Source of the DNA: Azolla caroliniana
Lineage: Eukaryota; Plantae; Polypodiophyta
DNA length: 64,000 nt
Reading direction: 5' to 3'
Assembly: GCA_043228905.1 (NCBI GenBank)
Contig: JBHGNT010000014.1
Coordinates: forward strand, 17,422,001 to 17,486,000
Shown here: one piece after another, positions 35,871-46,820 of the stretch
How the letters are laid out: every line of letters begins with the position of its first letter
How positions within the stretch are numbered: the first letter of the stretch is position 1
Notes under the pieces: model-generated
The model's input: the letters and a program-made list of their open reading frames with translations, nothing else
Databases searched by the model: none
What the model was told of the DNA's origin: nothing
Translations under genes and position numbers: made by a program

Positions 35871-36189
35871 AATAGGGTTTAGCAACAGTGGTAGCAACTA
35901 ACCCACAATACTCAACTAGAGATGGACTACGTGATGTGGCAAAGGATCATGCATAATGGACCTAGGAATTCGATATATAATTTATGGTACACATTTATGG
36001 TGCACATATCAATTTATGTTGCACGTTTATGTTGCACATTTATGGTGCTCATTTACATATGTAATTAAAACACTCTAGTATTTTCAATGGTATTTTTTTG
36101 CATAGTTAATTTATTAATGATGGCTTTTTGCTAAAATGACTATTTATCAAGGACATAGCTAATTGTTTCCACTCTCATGCTTTCACCCC

Positions 36190-37300
36190 AAAAGCTTTTT
36201 GCACAAGAGTGATAATGGTGATGTGGGTAATATGCTTGACATATTACCCAAGAGACATTATACATTGCTCGTCGTGGATATACCGTATGGCTTCAGAATA
36301 TCAGGCTCAACATACGACGATGTGCCATACAAATATCCACAAATAGAGAAGATGGTTAAGGACTTCGCGGAGCTAACCCTGGCACCATTATGCCGTATTG
36401 TTATATTTCACAGTATGGGTTAGGCATTATCAGTCACAACTGCATTGAAGTCGAGATGCCATGCCAACGAACATATGCATTGGTAAGCATTATGTTACTA
36501 TATATTTAATGTATGGATTCTATGTTGCTTACTACATATTTATTAACTTGTTTCGATTCCATGATACAATAGGGTTAAAACGAACATAACTCGTACCCCG
36601 GGTGATCGAATGGTGAGCGTTGTGGAGCACATGTGCATGGGCTACTACAACGTAATTTCTAAGAAGAAGGCTCGGGCACAGGTTAATGAACGGAACGTTG
36701 TAAACTATATCATGTGCCTAGTTGTAACGAAGAAATTGCGCCACGTGTTTGGCGATAAGAGTTTAGTAAACCCTTATCAAAAGCCCCAACGATTGATTAA
36801 TTGATTGGTCGAGTTGTTCTTGAACCTTGATGATTGGGTTCTCAACTTATTTTCTGGAACAGGTAATCTCATAAGTTTCATCAATTTTTTTAAAAATGAA
36901 ATATTATTTCTTGTCCTATTTTCTTACTTTTGAATGTGTGATTATTTATTTAGGAACGACGACTCCATGTGCTCTTAAACTGTTTAGGAAGTGTGTCACG
37001 TTAGAAAAGGACCCCAACCAAGTCAATTTTATTAAGATGAGGATCCAAGGCATTTGGGATTGTCTCGACCAGGACCAAGAGGTTGGGGCAAAGCATATCA
37101 ACGAAACAAAGATGTTTCAGATGGCCTCTAGAGAGCCGATGGAACTTATAGACGAGGAAGGAGGCGACCTTGTCGACCTTGAAGATGCATCGGGTTCTGA
37201 TCATATACAAGATTCAGCTGAGGAGACAGAACATGTCGATGCAGCACCATTGTTAGCTGATCTTGGAGAGCAGCCTGTTCCAGACCTCCTAATGGAGTGA
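36190..37300 (+). pseudogene. Beta-class N6-adenine/N4-cytosine DNA methyltransferase domain with two spliceosomal introns
   Basis: LLVVDIPYG (motif IV) ... W|VK ... NPYQKPQRLI..LVELF..DDWVLNLFSGT|GTT..ALKLFRKCVTLEKD (motif I FxGxG). GT-AG introns 36483-36572 and 36863-36953 restore the frame. Stops at 36421 and 36802. Confidence 0.85.
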
Positions 37301-38145
37301 TTGTATATTAGTTTGTATTTGTAACTATAAAATTGTAACACTAAATTTGTTTTGGAATATAAGATTATTTTGTTTGAGTACCATTTCTTTACACTATCTG
37401 ATTGGTTTGCAAACTTTAATTGTATATCATATATTTGTATTGGTTGACTCGCAAAGCATGTGGTTGTTAAGTATAATTTTTATTGAACAGATGATGATGA
37501 ACTTATCGATTGCATGACAAATGTTGGTTATAATTGTTTCTTTATTAATATAATTGAATTTAGCTTTGTTCTATGATTTGTAAGCTCTTTAATCTTGGTT
37601 ATTTAGTTTCAAGTGTACAGAATAACATTAAGTCAACGTTGTTGCTCACTTGATCTTACATTTAGGTTGTTCATATATAATTGGGATATAATGTTCCTAG
37701 AAGTTTTTGAGCATGTGAGGTATATAATGTGATATTCACTTGTGAATATGTGTCTAATTATACCCAAAAATGCAATGTTCTAATTTAATATAACAAGCTT
37801 TATAGGAGTTAGAGAAATATAGCATTAAAATTGTGTTTCAAAAATTGTTCAATTGGATTAAAATTCAACATTATGTAAAATGAACCATATTACAATGATA
37901 GTTTAAAGCATTCTATTATCCAAGCGAATGACTGGCTAAATAAGTGTATGAATTGAGAAAATACAGGTTAAATTTGAAATCTTCATAATATTAACTGTGT
38001 TTTTTATTGATGTTTTTAAAAGTCATGTGCGCATGCGTGATACATTCTTGAAAGTTTGTTAAAAAGTTGTAATTTTTGACATCTCATGTATTTATCAATA
38101 AAGGAATGCGACATATTACCTGTTCTAAATGACCCGGTGTTTAGT

Positions 38146-41100
38146 AGCTAATTTCCTAATCGCTACTATAGAAGATCTTATTTCCCAATAAGCATCACAT
38201 CCTTTTGTTGAGCTTGTTTCTTAACACTCCCCCTCAAGCTCAACTTAGCCTTTCTTGAGGTCATCTTCAATCTTCTTTTCTTCATGCCTTTCAACTATCA
38301 TACCAATGTTTATAACTCCCATCATGTCCCGAAACTGTGTATGTTTTTCTATGCTCAGTCCCTTCGTAAGAATATCAACCACTTGTTGATTTGTGCTTAC
38401 ATACAATAGATCCACTTCTCCATCAATCACTTTTTCTCTAACAAAGTGATAATGCACTTCAATGTGCATTGTTCTTGCATGGAACACTGGGCTATTTGCA
38501 AGCTGAATGCTGCTCATATTGTCACACCAATTTGTGACTGCACCATCCATATACTCTCCCAAATCAGCAAACAATCTTCTGATCCATACCTCTTCACAAG
38601 TGGCTATTGCAGCTCCTCTATATTCAGCTTCAATACTTGATAATGCAACATTAGCTTGTTTCTTGCTACTCCATGAAATAGTTGCACTTCCTAATGTAAA
38701 CATATATCCACTTGTGGATCTTCTATTAGTTTCGCTTCCAACGCAATCAACATCTATATATCCTTCCAGCTTTATATCCTGATGAGCCCTGTAAAACAGT
38801 CCATAGTTCTTAGTAGCTTTTACATACCTCAAGATTCTTCTAATGCAGTCCAAATGTGGCTTTGTTGGCTATTGCATAAACTGGCTGACTAATCCAACAA
38901 CATAACTCAAATCAAGTCTTGGTATAGTCAAATATATGAGGATGCCCACCATAGACATGTACATGTTTACATCTATTTTGACTCCCAAATCAGCCCATAA
39001 TTTGTAGTTCTTATCTAGTGGTACATCAATAGGTTTGCATCCAAGCATACCATACTTCTTCAACATAGTTGTTGCATACTGTTTTTGCAACATATGTATA
39101 CCACTTTCAATACCAAGAAAGTATCTCAACTCTCCCAAATCCTTAATATAAAATTGCATTTCCGGATTTTTCTTCAGCTTATTTATTTCTTCCATGGAAT
39201 CACCTCCGATGATTAAATCATCTACATAGATCAAAATCACGACAATGCAATCATTCATCTTCTTCATATACAATGATGGATCAACTTTTGACATTTTGAA
39301 AACAATTTTTTTCAGAGATTCTGAAAGTTCCTTATGCCATGCTCTCGGTGCTTGTTCTAGTCCATAAAGAGCCTTTTTCAGCTTACAAACATATTCTGGA
39401 TGCTTCTAATCATCAAATCCTAGTGGTTGACACATGTAAACTTCCTCTTCCAAGTTACCATGTAAAAAAGCATTTTTTACATCCATATAGTGCAAAAACC
39501 ATCTTTTGGCTACACTTACAACAAGTAATGTCCTCAATGTTGCCATTTTTGCAACCGGTGCAAATGTTTCATCATAATCAATTCCTTGCATTTGGGCATA
39601 TCCGTTTGCAACAAGTCTTGCTTTATGTCTACATACATTTCCATTTGAATCATGCTTTGTCTTGTAGACCCATTTGCAACCTACCACATTTTTTCCCTTT
39701 GGTAACTTCACTAAATCCCATGTTTTATTTTCAACCAATGCATCTATTTCTTCTTGAATTGCATTCACCCATTTTTTGTCAGCTTTTGCTTCATTAACGT
39801 TATTTGGATCAGGGATTTGTACCACTTTAGACATGTATGCATAATGCATAGCCATGTATGTAACATAACCAAATCTTTCAACTGTCTTTTTCTCTCTATC
39901 TGATCTTCTCAGTTTCTGATTCGCATCTTTCATTGCCTTCTCAATACCAAGGATTTTCAAGGATCATATACCCAGCTCATCATCCAATGATGTATTTGAA
40001 TCTACATCTTCCATGTTTCTAGATCCTTCATCAAACACTTCATATTCTGGCATCTTCTGTTTTCCCTTTTTATCATCATATTTGTTTTGTCTTGCATTCT
40101 TTCCACTCCAAGCAGTTGATTCAGATTTACAACCAGATTTTTCAGATGGTCTAGTACATTCTATTGATGTTGAACTTTGTTGTCCAACATTGCTTCCATT
40201 TCCATGGTTATCACTTCCATTTTCAGATTTGTTCCTGTCTTCATTTTCATTGTCTTCTTCAGTTTCTACATTTTCTTTTGAGATGTACCAGCTGCCCAAC
40301 TCATCAAATATTTCATCACAGCTCACTACAAATTTTTTTGTCAATGGGTTATAACATCTATACCCTTTTTGCTCCTCTAAAGATCCAACAAGAACACATT
40401 TTTCAGCTTTTGGATCAAACTTCTTACTTCAGCAGGTACATGGACATAGCCAAGCCATCCAAACACTTTTAAGTGTCCTAAACTAGGTTTCCTTCCATAG
40501 AAGCATTCTTTAGGAGTTACTTCATGTACTCTAGATGTTATACATCTATTTAGAATAAAGTTTGTTGTGTTTACAACTTTTGCCTAGTAATACAATGTCA
40601 TATTTTTTTCTGTCATCCAAGCTCTTGCTATGTTTACCAAAGTTCTGTTTTTTCTCTCAGCCACTCCATTTTGTTGTGGAGTATATCTACATGTGAACTA
40701 TCTCCTTATTCCTTGATTGCATAGAAAATTAGAATATTCATTTGAGAAGTATTCTCCTCCATAGATCTTAAACATTTTATTCTAGTTCCAGCCTGCTTTT
40801 CTACCATGCATTTAAACTTACGAAGGCAATCAAATACTTCACTTTTCTCTTTCACAAAGTAAACCCATGTTTTCCTTGAGCAATAAACGTTACATAAAAC
40901 CTACAGCCACCAATTGATGCATTTTTTGTTGGTCCCCATACATCTGTATGTACCAAATCCAACAAATATTTGCTTACATGTCTTTCATGGCGGAAAGGTA
41001 ACCTGTTTTGCTTTCCATATTGGCATGCTTCACATATTTTGCTCATCTCACAGTCTTTCAACTTAGGCAGTCCAGCCACGTCATTTTTCCTCAACATATT

Positions 41101-41637
41101 TTTCAAGGTTTGCATACTTATGTGACTAATTCTTTTATGCCACATCTCCACATCTGAGATTACATTCATTCCTTCTGCAAACATGGTTGTAATCTTTTTA
41201 GGCATATCCACATCTAACACAAACATTCTTCCTTGTCGTTTTCCTTTTCCAATAAGCTTGCCATGTTTCTCTATAAAGCATCCACTTTGCTTAAACTTAA
41301 CTTGCATTCCTTGCTCTACTATCTGTCCAACAGAAATCAGATTTTTTGCAAGGTTTGGCACATGCATAACATTCAGCATATACTTTGTTTTTCCTTTTTC
41401 TTCCCACAATGGGATATCTTCAACATGCTCGATTGTATGAGTGGTATTATCACCTATCTGTACATAACCAATCATATGATTAGATGCCCTAGAATCTACA
41501 TACCACATATAATCTTCATTGCATCTTTGTGAACATTCAGCCATTGTTGTTGTCTCATGTTGTATCATAAATGCACCTTCTTTATCAAAGTTTTCACGAG
41601 TTGAAGCATAGTTATTTTGCTGACTCTTCCCTCCTTT
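38146..41637 (-). mobile_element. Degenerate Ty1/copia (copia X): PR, IN, RT, RNase H and part of the 3' LTR
   Basis: WYVDSRASNH, VHTDVWGP, CKWVYK..KARLVA..DYDETFAPV, YVDD, RRSTSGY..SWSSKKQ, HIEVHYHFVREKV; PPT at 38227-38237. Confidence 0.93.
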
Positions 41638-44600
41638 TGTTGGGAAATCGGTCCCTCCGAATGGGATCCGGTTATGAATGAAGAGGACCCAATGAGAACC
41701 GGAAGAGATTCAGAAACCTGATCGGATGGACCTAGTGAGAACCGGAAGAGATCCGGAAACCGGATCGGATGGACCCAGTGAGAACCAGAAGAGAAGACAT
41801 ACTTGTAAATATGTTTTGAGTAAGCCTATTGAGGCTATATTTGTAAATAACCCTAAGTTCATATAAGTATAAATATGACTTAGGGCAATCACTCTGTGTG
41901 TTGGTAGTTGTCATATTTGGTATGTGTATAACTATTGTACAAACAGAGAGAGAGAGAGAGAGAGAGCAAGATTGTAGCTACGAGCACTTTCAGTTGTAAC
42001 CGCCGTCTGGCGAAGATCGTGAGCACAAGGTCGTTGCCTCTGTGTCTCCACATTGTATTTCCTCTCATATACCAATAGTTGGAGTCCATGGGCTCCCGTG
42101 GTTTTTCCCTATTAGGGTTTTCCACGTAAATTTATGTACTCTCTACTTCCCATTTCTGTGATTCAAGACTTGGTTGTGGCTGAGCAATCTTCCTTGCTAT
42201 TCTTCACAATCTAGTATCAGAGCAAGCAACACAGGAAATGAAAGAATCTATTGGGAGATAGGTCCCTCCGGATGGGAAGGGAGAAGAACAGTGTTGATAA
42301 GCAAACTCGGCTACGGAGAGCCGGATGGTGTAGACCCGGTGAGTACCGGATGAGGAGTACCCGACTACAGAGAGCCGGATGGTGTAGACCCGGTGAGTAC
42401 CGGATGAGGAGTACCCAGCTACGGAAAGCCGGATGATGCAGACCCGGTGAGAACCAGATGAGGAGTACCCGGCTACGGAGAGCCGGATGATGCAGACCCG
42501 GTGAAGACCGGATGAGGAGTACCCGGCTACGGAGAGCCGGATGGTGCAGACCCGGTGAAGACCGGATGAGGAGTACCCGGCTACGGAGAGCCAGATGGTG
42601 CAGACCCGGTGAGAACCGGATAAGGATTATACCCGGTTACGGAGAGCTGGATGGTGCAGACCCGATGAGGAATGCTCACCGATGAAGAGACATATTCGTA
42701 AATATGTTTCTGAGAGTCCATCGAGGCTATATTTGTAAATAGCCGAAAAGTCATATTAGTATAAATATGACTTAGGGAAAACTTTTAGATTACTATTGTT
42801 ATTGTTGTCTACGCAAGATCAGAGTGCGTAACAGTGTACAGAGAGTGAGAGAGAGAGGAAGAGGTCGTTGCCTCTTATTGTAACCGCCACCTGTGGTGAG
42901 GATCGTGAGCACGAGGTCGTTGCCTCCGTGAACTCACTGTTGTCCATTCAAACATAGTGATAGTTTGCAGCCTGTGGGCTGCCGTGGTTTTTCCCTTAGT
43001 TTGGGTTTTCCACGTAAACATCTTGTGTACCCTTCTCTTCTTTGTGTCGTGTTTTATTTCCCGTTTTCTGTGTATGATTCTAAGCTCGGTTGTGGCTGAG
43101 CGTTGCGTATACGGAGCGTGCAGTTCCCGTCAGAATCATTCGGCGGCATGCTCAACCTCATCGGCTCCAACTACTCAATGTGGAAGTCGAAGATGAGGGA
43201 TGTGCTGGTGGTTAAAGATCTTTGGTTGCCGGTTTAGTTCGGTGACAAGAGACCGGATAAGATCGACGCCACAGTGTGGGAGGTGATGCACATGAAGACG
43301 GCAGCATACATCCGGTGCTTCATCGACATGAACCTATACAACAACTTCAATGAAGAGAGCAAGGCCCATGAACTCTAGGAGAAGATCGACATCATGTTCC
43401 AGAACAAGAATGTCGTGAATCGGGTTTCAGTATTCCGGAAGCTAGTCAGGCTCCGGTACCAAGACGGCTCCAGTATGACGAAGCACATGAATGCCTTCCA
43501 GGGACTGATCCACCAAGCAACCTCGTTGGAAGTACCTCTTGCCGATGAGGTACTCGCATTACTCCTGCTCAGTTCCCTCCCGGATAGTTGGGAGACGCTA
43601 GTTGTCACGTTGGGCAACGCCGGGCCAGAAGGAAAACAGTTGTCCTTAGCAAGAGTCAAGTCAAGCTTGCTAGATGAAGAAGCTCACTAGAAGGACTGGA
43701 AGTCCAGAACCGATCCGAAGGCCTTGGTCACGGAAGATGACCATAACCGGGGAAGAGGCCGGTATCGGAGTCCCCAAAACCGGGACAAATTGGCGATGAG
43801 GTCGAAGTCAAGGGGGAGGTCTACTTCCAAAAGAACTGTCGGCATTTCCAAAAAGAGAAAGAAACCGGCACTACCGATTCAAAGAAGAATTCGGATTGAA
43901 AGGGAACGTCGGCGATCATGACAATTAAAGAAGAATTGATGCTCATTATCGAAGAGAATGAGTTAAACCTTGTTGGCGATGAGACAATGTGGGTTGTCGA
44001 TTTCGGAGCTTTGTTCCACCTGACACCGGACCAGAGATGCTTCTCATCCTACACAGCCAGTGATCATGGTTGTGTCCAGACGGGGAATGAAGGGACATGC
44101 CGAATTATCAGCATAGGAGATGTGCTATTGACGACATCAACCAGATGCAAGCTGCTGCTGAAGGATGTCTGACACGTTCCGGAGGTTTGACTGAACCTTA
44201 TATCAACCAGTCAGCTAGATGATGAAGGCTACATGGGCAGCATTTGGAACATAGTTATGAAGTTCAGCAAGGGAAGCTTGATCGTGGCCCGAGCCCGGAA
44301 TGTCAACACTCTGTACTTGATGAATGCCCAGATATGCCGGGAATAAGTGAATGTAGCATTCCACACTGCCAGTGAGCTGTGGCACAAAAAACTGTGTCAC
44401 ATGAGTGAGAAGGGGATGAAGAGGCTTGCCGAAGACAACCTCATTACGGTGAAGGACGTGCAACTTGAGAAGTGCACCGATTGTCTTGCCGGCAAGCAAA
44501 ACCAAACCTCTTTCCGGTCAAGGCCACCGATGAGATGGAATGCACCACTGGAGTTGGTGCATACCGATGTGTGTCAAGTGGACATGAAGTCACATGCTGG

Positions 44601-45200
44601 AGCGCAATACTTCGTGACGTTCATAGATGACCATAGCCGAAAGCTGTGGGTGTCACCGTTGAAGGCGAAGGATCAGGTGCTATCTGTCTTCAAGGAGCTC
44701 CACGCGAGAGTAGAAAGAGAAACTAGTCGGAAGCTGAAGTTGGTTCGAACAGATAATGGAGGCGAATACCGAGGGCAGTTCGAGGAGTACTGCTGGTCGA
44801 AGGGAATCCGACTCGAATTCACCGTGTCGAAGATGCCGGAACTAAACGGGCTGGCCAAACGGATGAACCAGACCATAATAGAGAGAGTCTGTAGCATGCT
44901 AGCACATGCCAAGCTACCCAAGACGTTTTGGGCTGAGGCGCTAACGACGACGACTTATGTGATAAACAGATCACCCTCAGTACCCTTGGACAAAGACACA
45001 CTGCAAAGAGTGTGGACCGGTAAGGACGTATCCTATTGCATCTAAAGGTGTTCGGATGTCTCGCTTACGTGCATGTCGCAAAGGACAAGAGAGAAAAACT
45101 GGATCCGAAGTCCCGGCCATGCATATTCCTTGGATACGGTGACGATGAGTTCGGTTACTGGGTGTGGGATGTGGTAGATAAGAAGGTGTTCCGGAGTCGA
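41638..45200 (+). mobile_element. Degenerate Ty1/copia (copia Y, related to 12609-16976), 3' part deleted
   Basis: LTR 41638 to about 42208, mutated PBS TAGTATCAGAGC, gag MKES|FGGMLNL..., integrase ORF 44347-45045; joins A' transposase at about 45200. Confidence 0.9.
42249..43132 (+). mobile_element. Solo LTR of the copia family inserted in codon 4 of copia Y gag
   Basis: TSD GAATC at 42244-42248 and 43133-43137; about 7 copies of the 54-bp repeat; homologous to the LTR at 12609-13373. Confidence 0.9.
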
Positions 45201-46600
45201 ATTTTTGTTTTCTAACCATGCTAACATGCTTAAATAACCAAACACATTCGAATTCTTGTTTTCTCTTGTCGTGTTGTCTAGTTGCACGTATAGTAACGGC
45301 GGGAGTATACCTTGCCAACTTTGCAAAACTCTGTACATGACTATTACTGTAAGATTAGGGTCGTTGTGGATATTTGGATAAGTTAGGAACACTTGAGGCC
45401 TTATTGTCCGACAATATAGAAGACAACCTACTAAGTGCATCTACATTAGGAATTCATCTCCAATATCCTTGGGCAATCTTCGAAAGTATGGCAAACAAGT
45501 TTTCTTCTAATCCATCCCGTCTATAATGCAGCACATGTACCTTTCCGATGATTGAAGCGCTTTTTGACGATGGTGCATAGCTTTAGATCTTTCCAATGCT
45601 TGACTTTCTCGATGTTCTTTTAATAAATTCGCATAATTTTTTATTTCTTCATTAATTGTCCCACTCTTTGCCATGCATTTTAAACTTGCACATACAGAAC
45701 AAACACCCATTTGGGCCTTATGGGGTATGACCACATTGTTAAACTTCAATCTCCATAATCGATTAAAATGCCGATATTGTATGTAATGTACACTTTCTAA
45801 TAACATGTCATCCATATACGCTTGGTACACCTCACGACGAGTTAAGTTATCTGACAAATGCAACCTTCCAGTGGTGGGCATAACATCACATTGCGTTGAG
45901 AAATATATCTCCATCCATCTAATAGCATGTCGCCCAATCAGACCCTTACATCGAAATGCTTTATTGTTGAAAGGTACCGGCGAGCCCTTTACTAATCGAT
46001 GTTGAATTCTCTGGAGCCTCATGGTTCCAATGTTATAAGCAATCTTGAAAGCTCCTCGACAACTTTTCATACGAACTGAAAGGTAATATTCCACATGTAG
46101 AGAACTTGACTCTGTCGTATGGTCCTTAACAATTTGCATATGTGAAATCAAAAAAGCATCTTGTTCGTCGCCATTAAGTGACAAATACTTCTGACGCAAC
46201 CCCCTCAAGTTTGCCTTTCCAAATTTTGAAAGACAAAGATTCCCACAACATGCCTTGCATATATCAAATGCAATTTGAGGATCTGAACACAAAAAATTAT
46301 ATCTTTTAACACTCGTCGAGGAACACTTCGAAAATTGAGATTCTTATTGACACAATCCTCGTGAACATTAGATAAATTAGACTCCTCATTATTTATAACT
46401 ATATTATTTTGTATTCTACCTAAACTAAAAGAATCGATCGAAAAGAGTGAATTCGAACTTTGCCCTACATTATCGTTGGACTCTACATGGTACCATTTCA
46501 CATTTACATGGTTACATTCCTTGGTAGAGAACAATAAGTTATCAGATAATTTACAAGGCTCAATGGAAAACAGAGAATTTTTACTCGATCTTGAGGACAT
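45200..46600 (-). pseudogene. 5' part of the diverged element-A transposase (copy A')
   Basis: MSSRSSKNSLFSIEP, CKACCGNLCL, CIIDGMD, LYVQLDNTTRENKN; collinear with about 11130-12446. Confidence 0.88.
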
Positions 46601-46820
46601 CTCGACTAAGGCTAACTAAGATCAATTGAGACGAAAATAGTTCAAAATTATCTTCTATAATAAGTCACATTTAAAAAGAATTTTTATTTTATTTTATTTT
46701 TTATATAAGGGAAAATCAGCTTCTCATTGTCATTATCACATTCAAGATGCACAAGAACACATAGCAATCACAAACCCTCCGTTTTCTCCTCTGTGGTCAA
46801 CCCGACTCAACATCAACAAG

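Larger units (their letters stand above)
18892..36189. mobile_element. Element B: large Sola2-like DNA transposon with cargo genes, left end missing, inserted in the ParB-MTase gene
   Basis: Contains a DFAENY/WSDGAASQFK/GHGKGEHDG transposase. The right terminus is defined by homology with 243-609. A-family homology breaks at 18891 and MTase coding sequence begins at 36190. Confidence 0.65.
9229..38141. mobile_element. Element A: TIR DNA transposon (Sola-like transposase plus ParB-like / amino-methyltransferase gene) with nested insertions
   Basis: Left TIR AACACCGGGGCATTTGAAATAGGTGATATGTCGCA versus reverse-complemented right end AACACCGGGTCATTTAGAACAGGTAATATGTCGCA. TAGT at 9225-9228 and 38142-38145. 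The flanks rejoin into one plausible LTR. Confidence 0.78.

Noticed and set aside
36190-37300. Bacterial contamination or a prophage as the source of the MTase and ParB sequences
   Set aside because: The genes have GT-AG introns, lie within TIRs and are interleaved with plant LTR retrotransposons.
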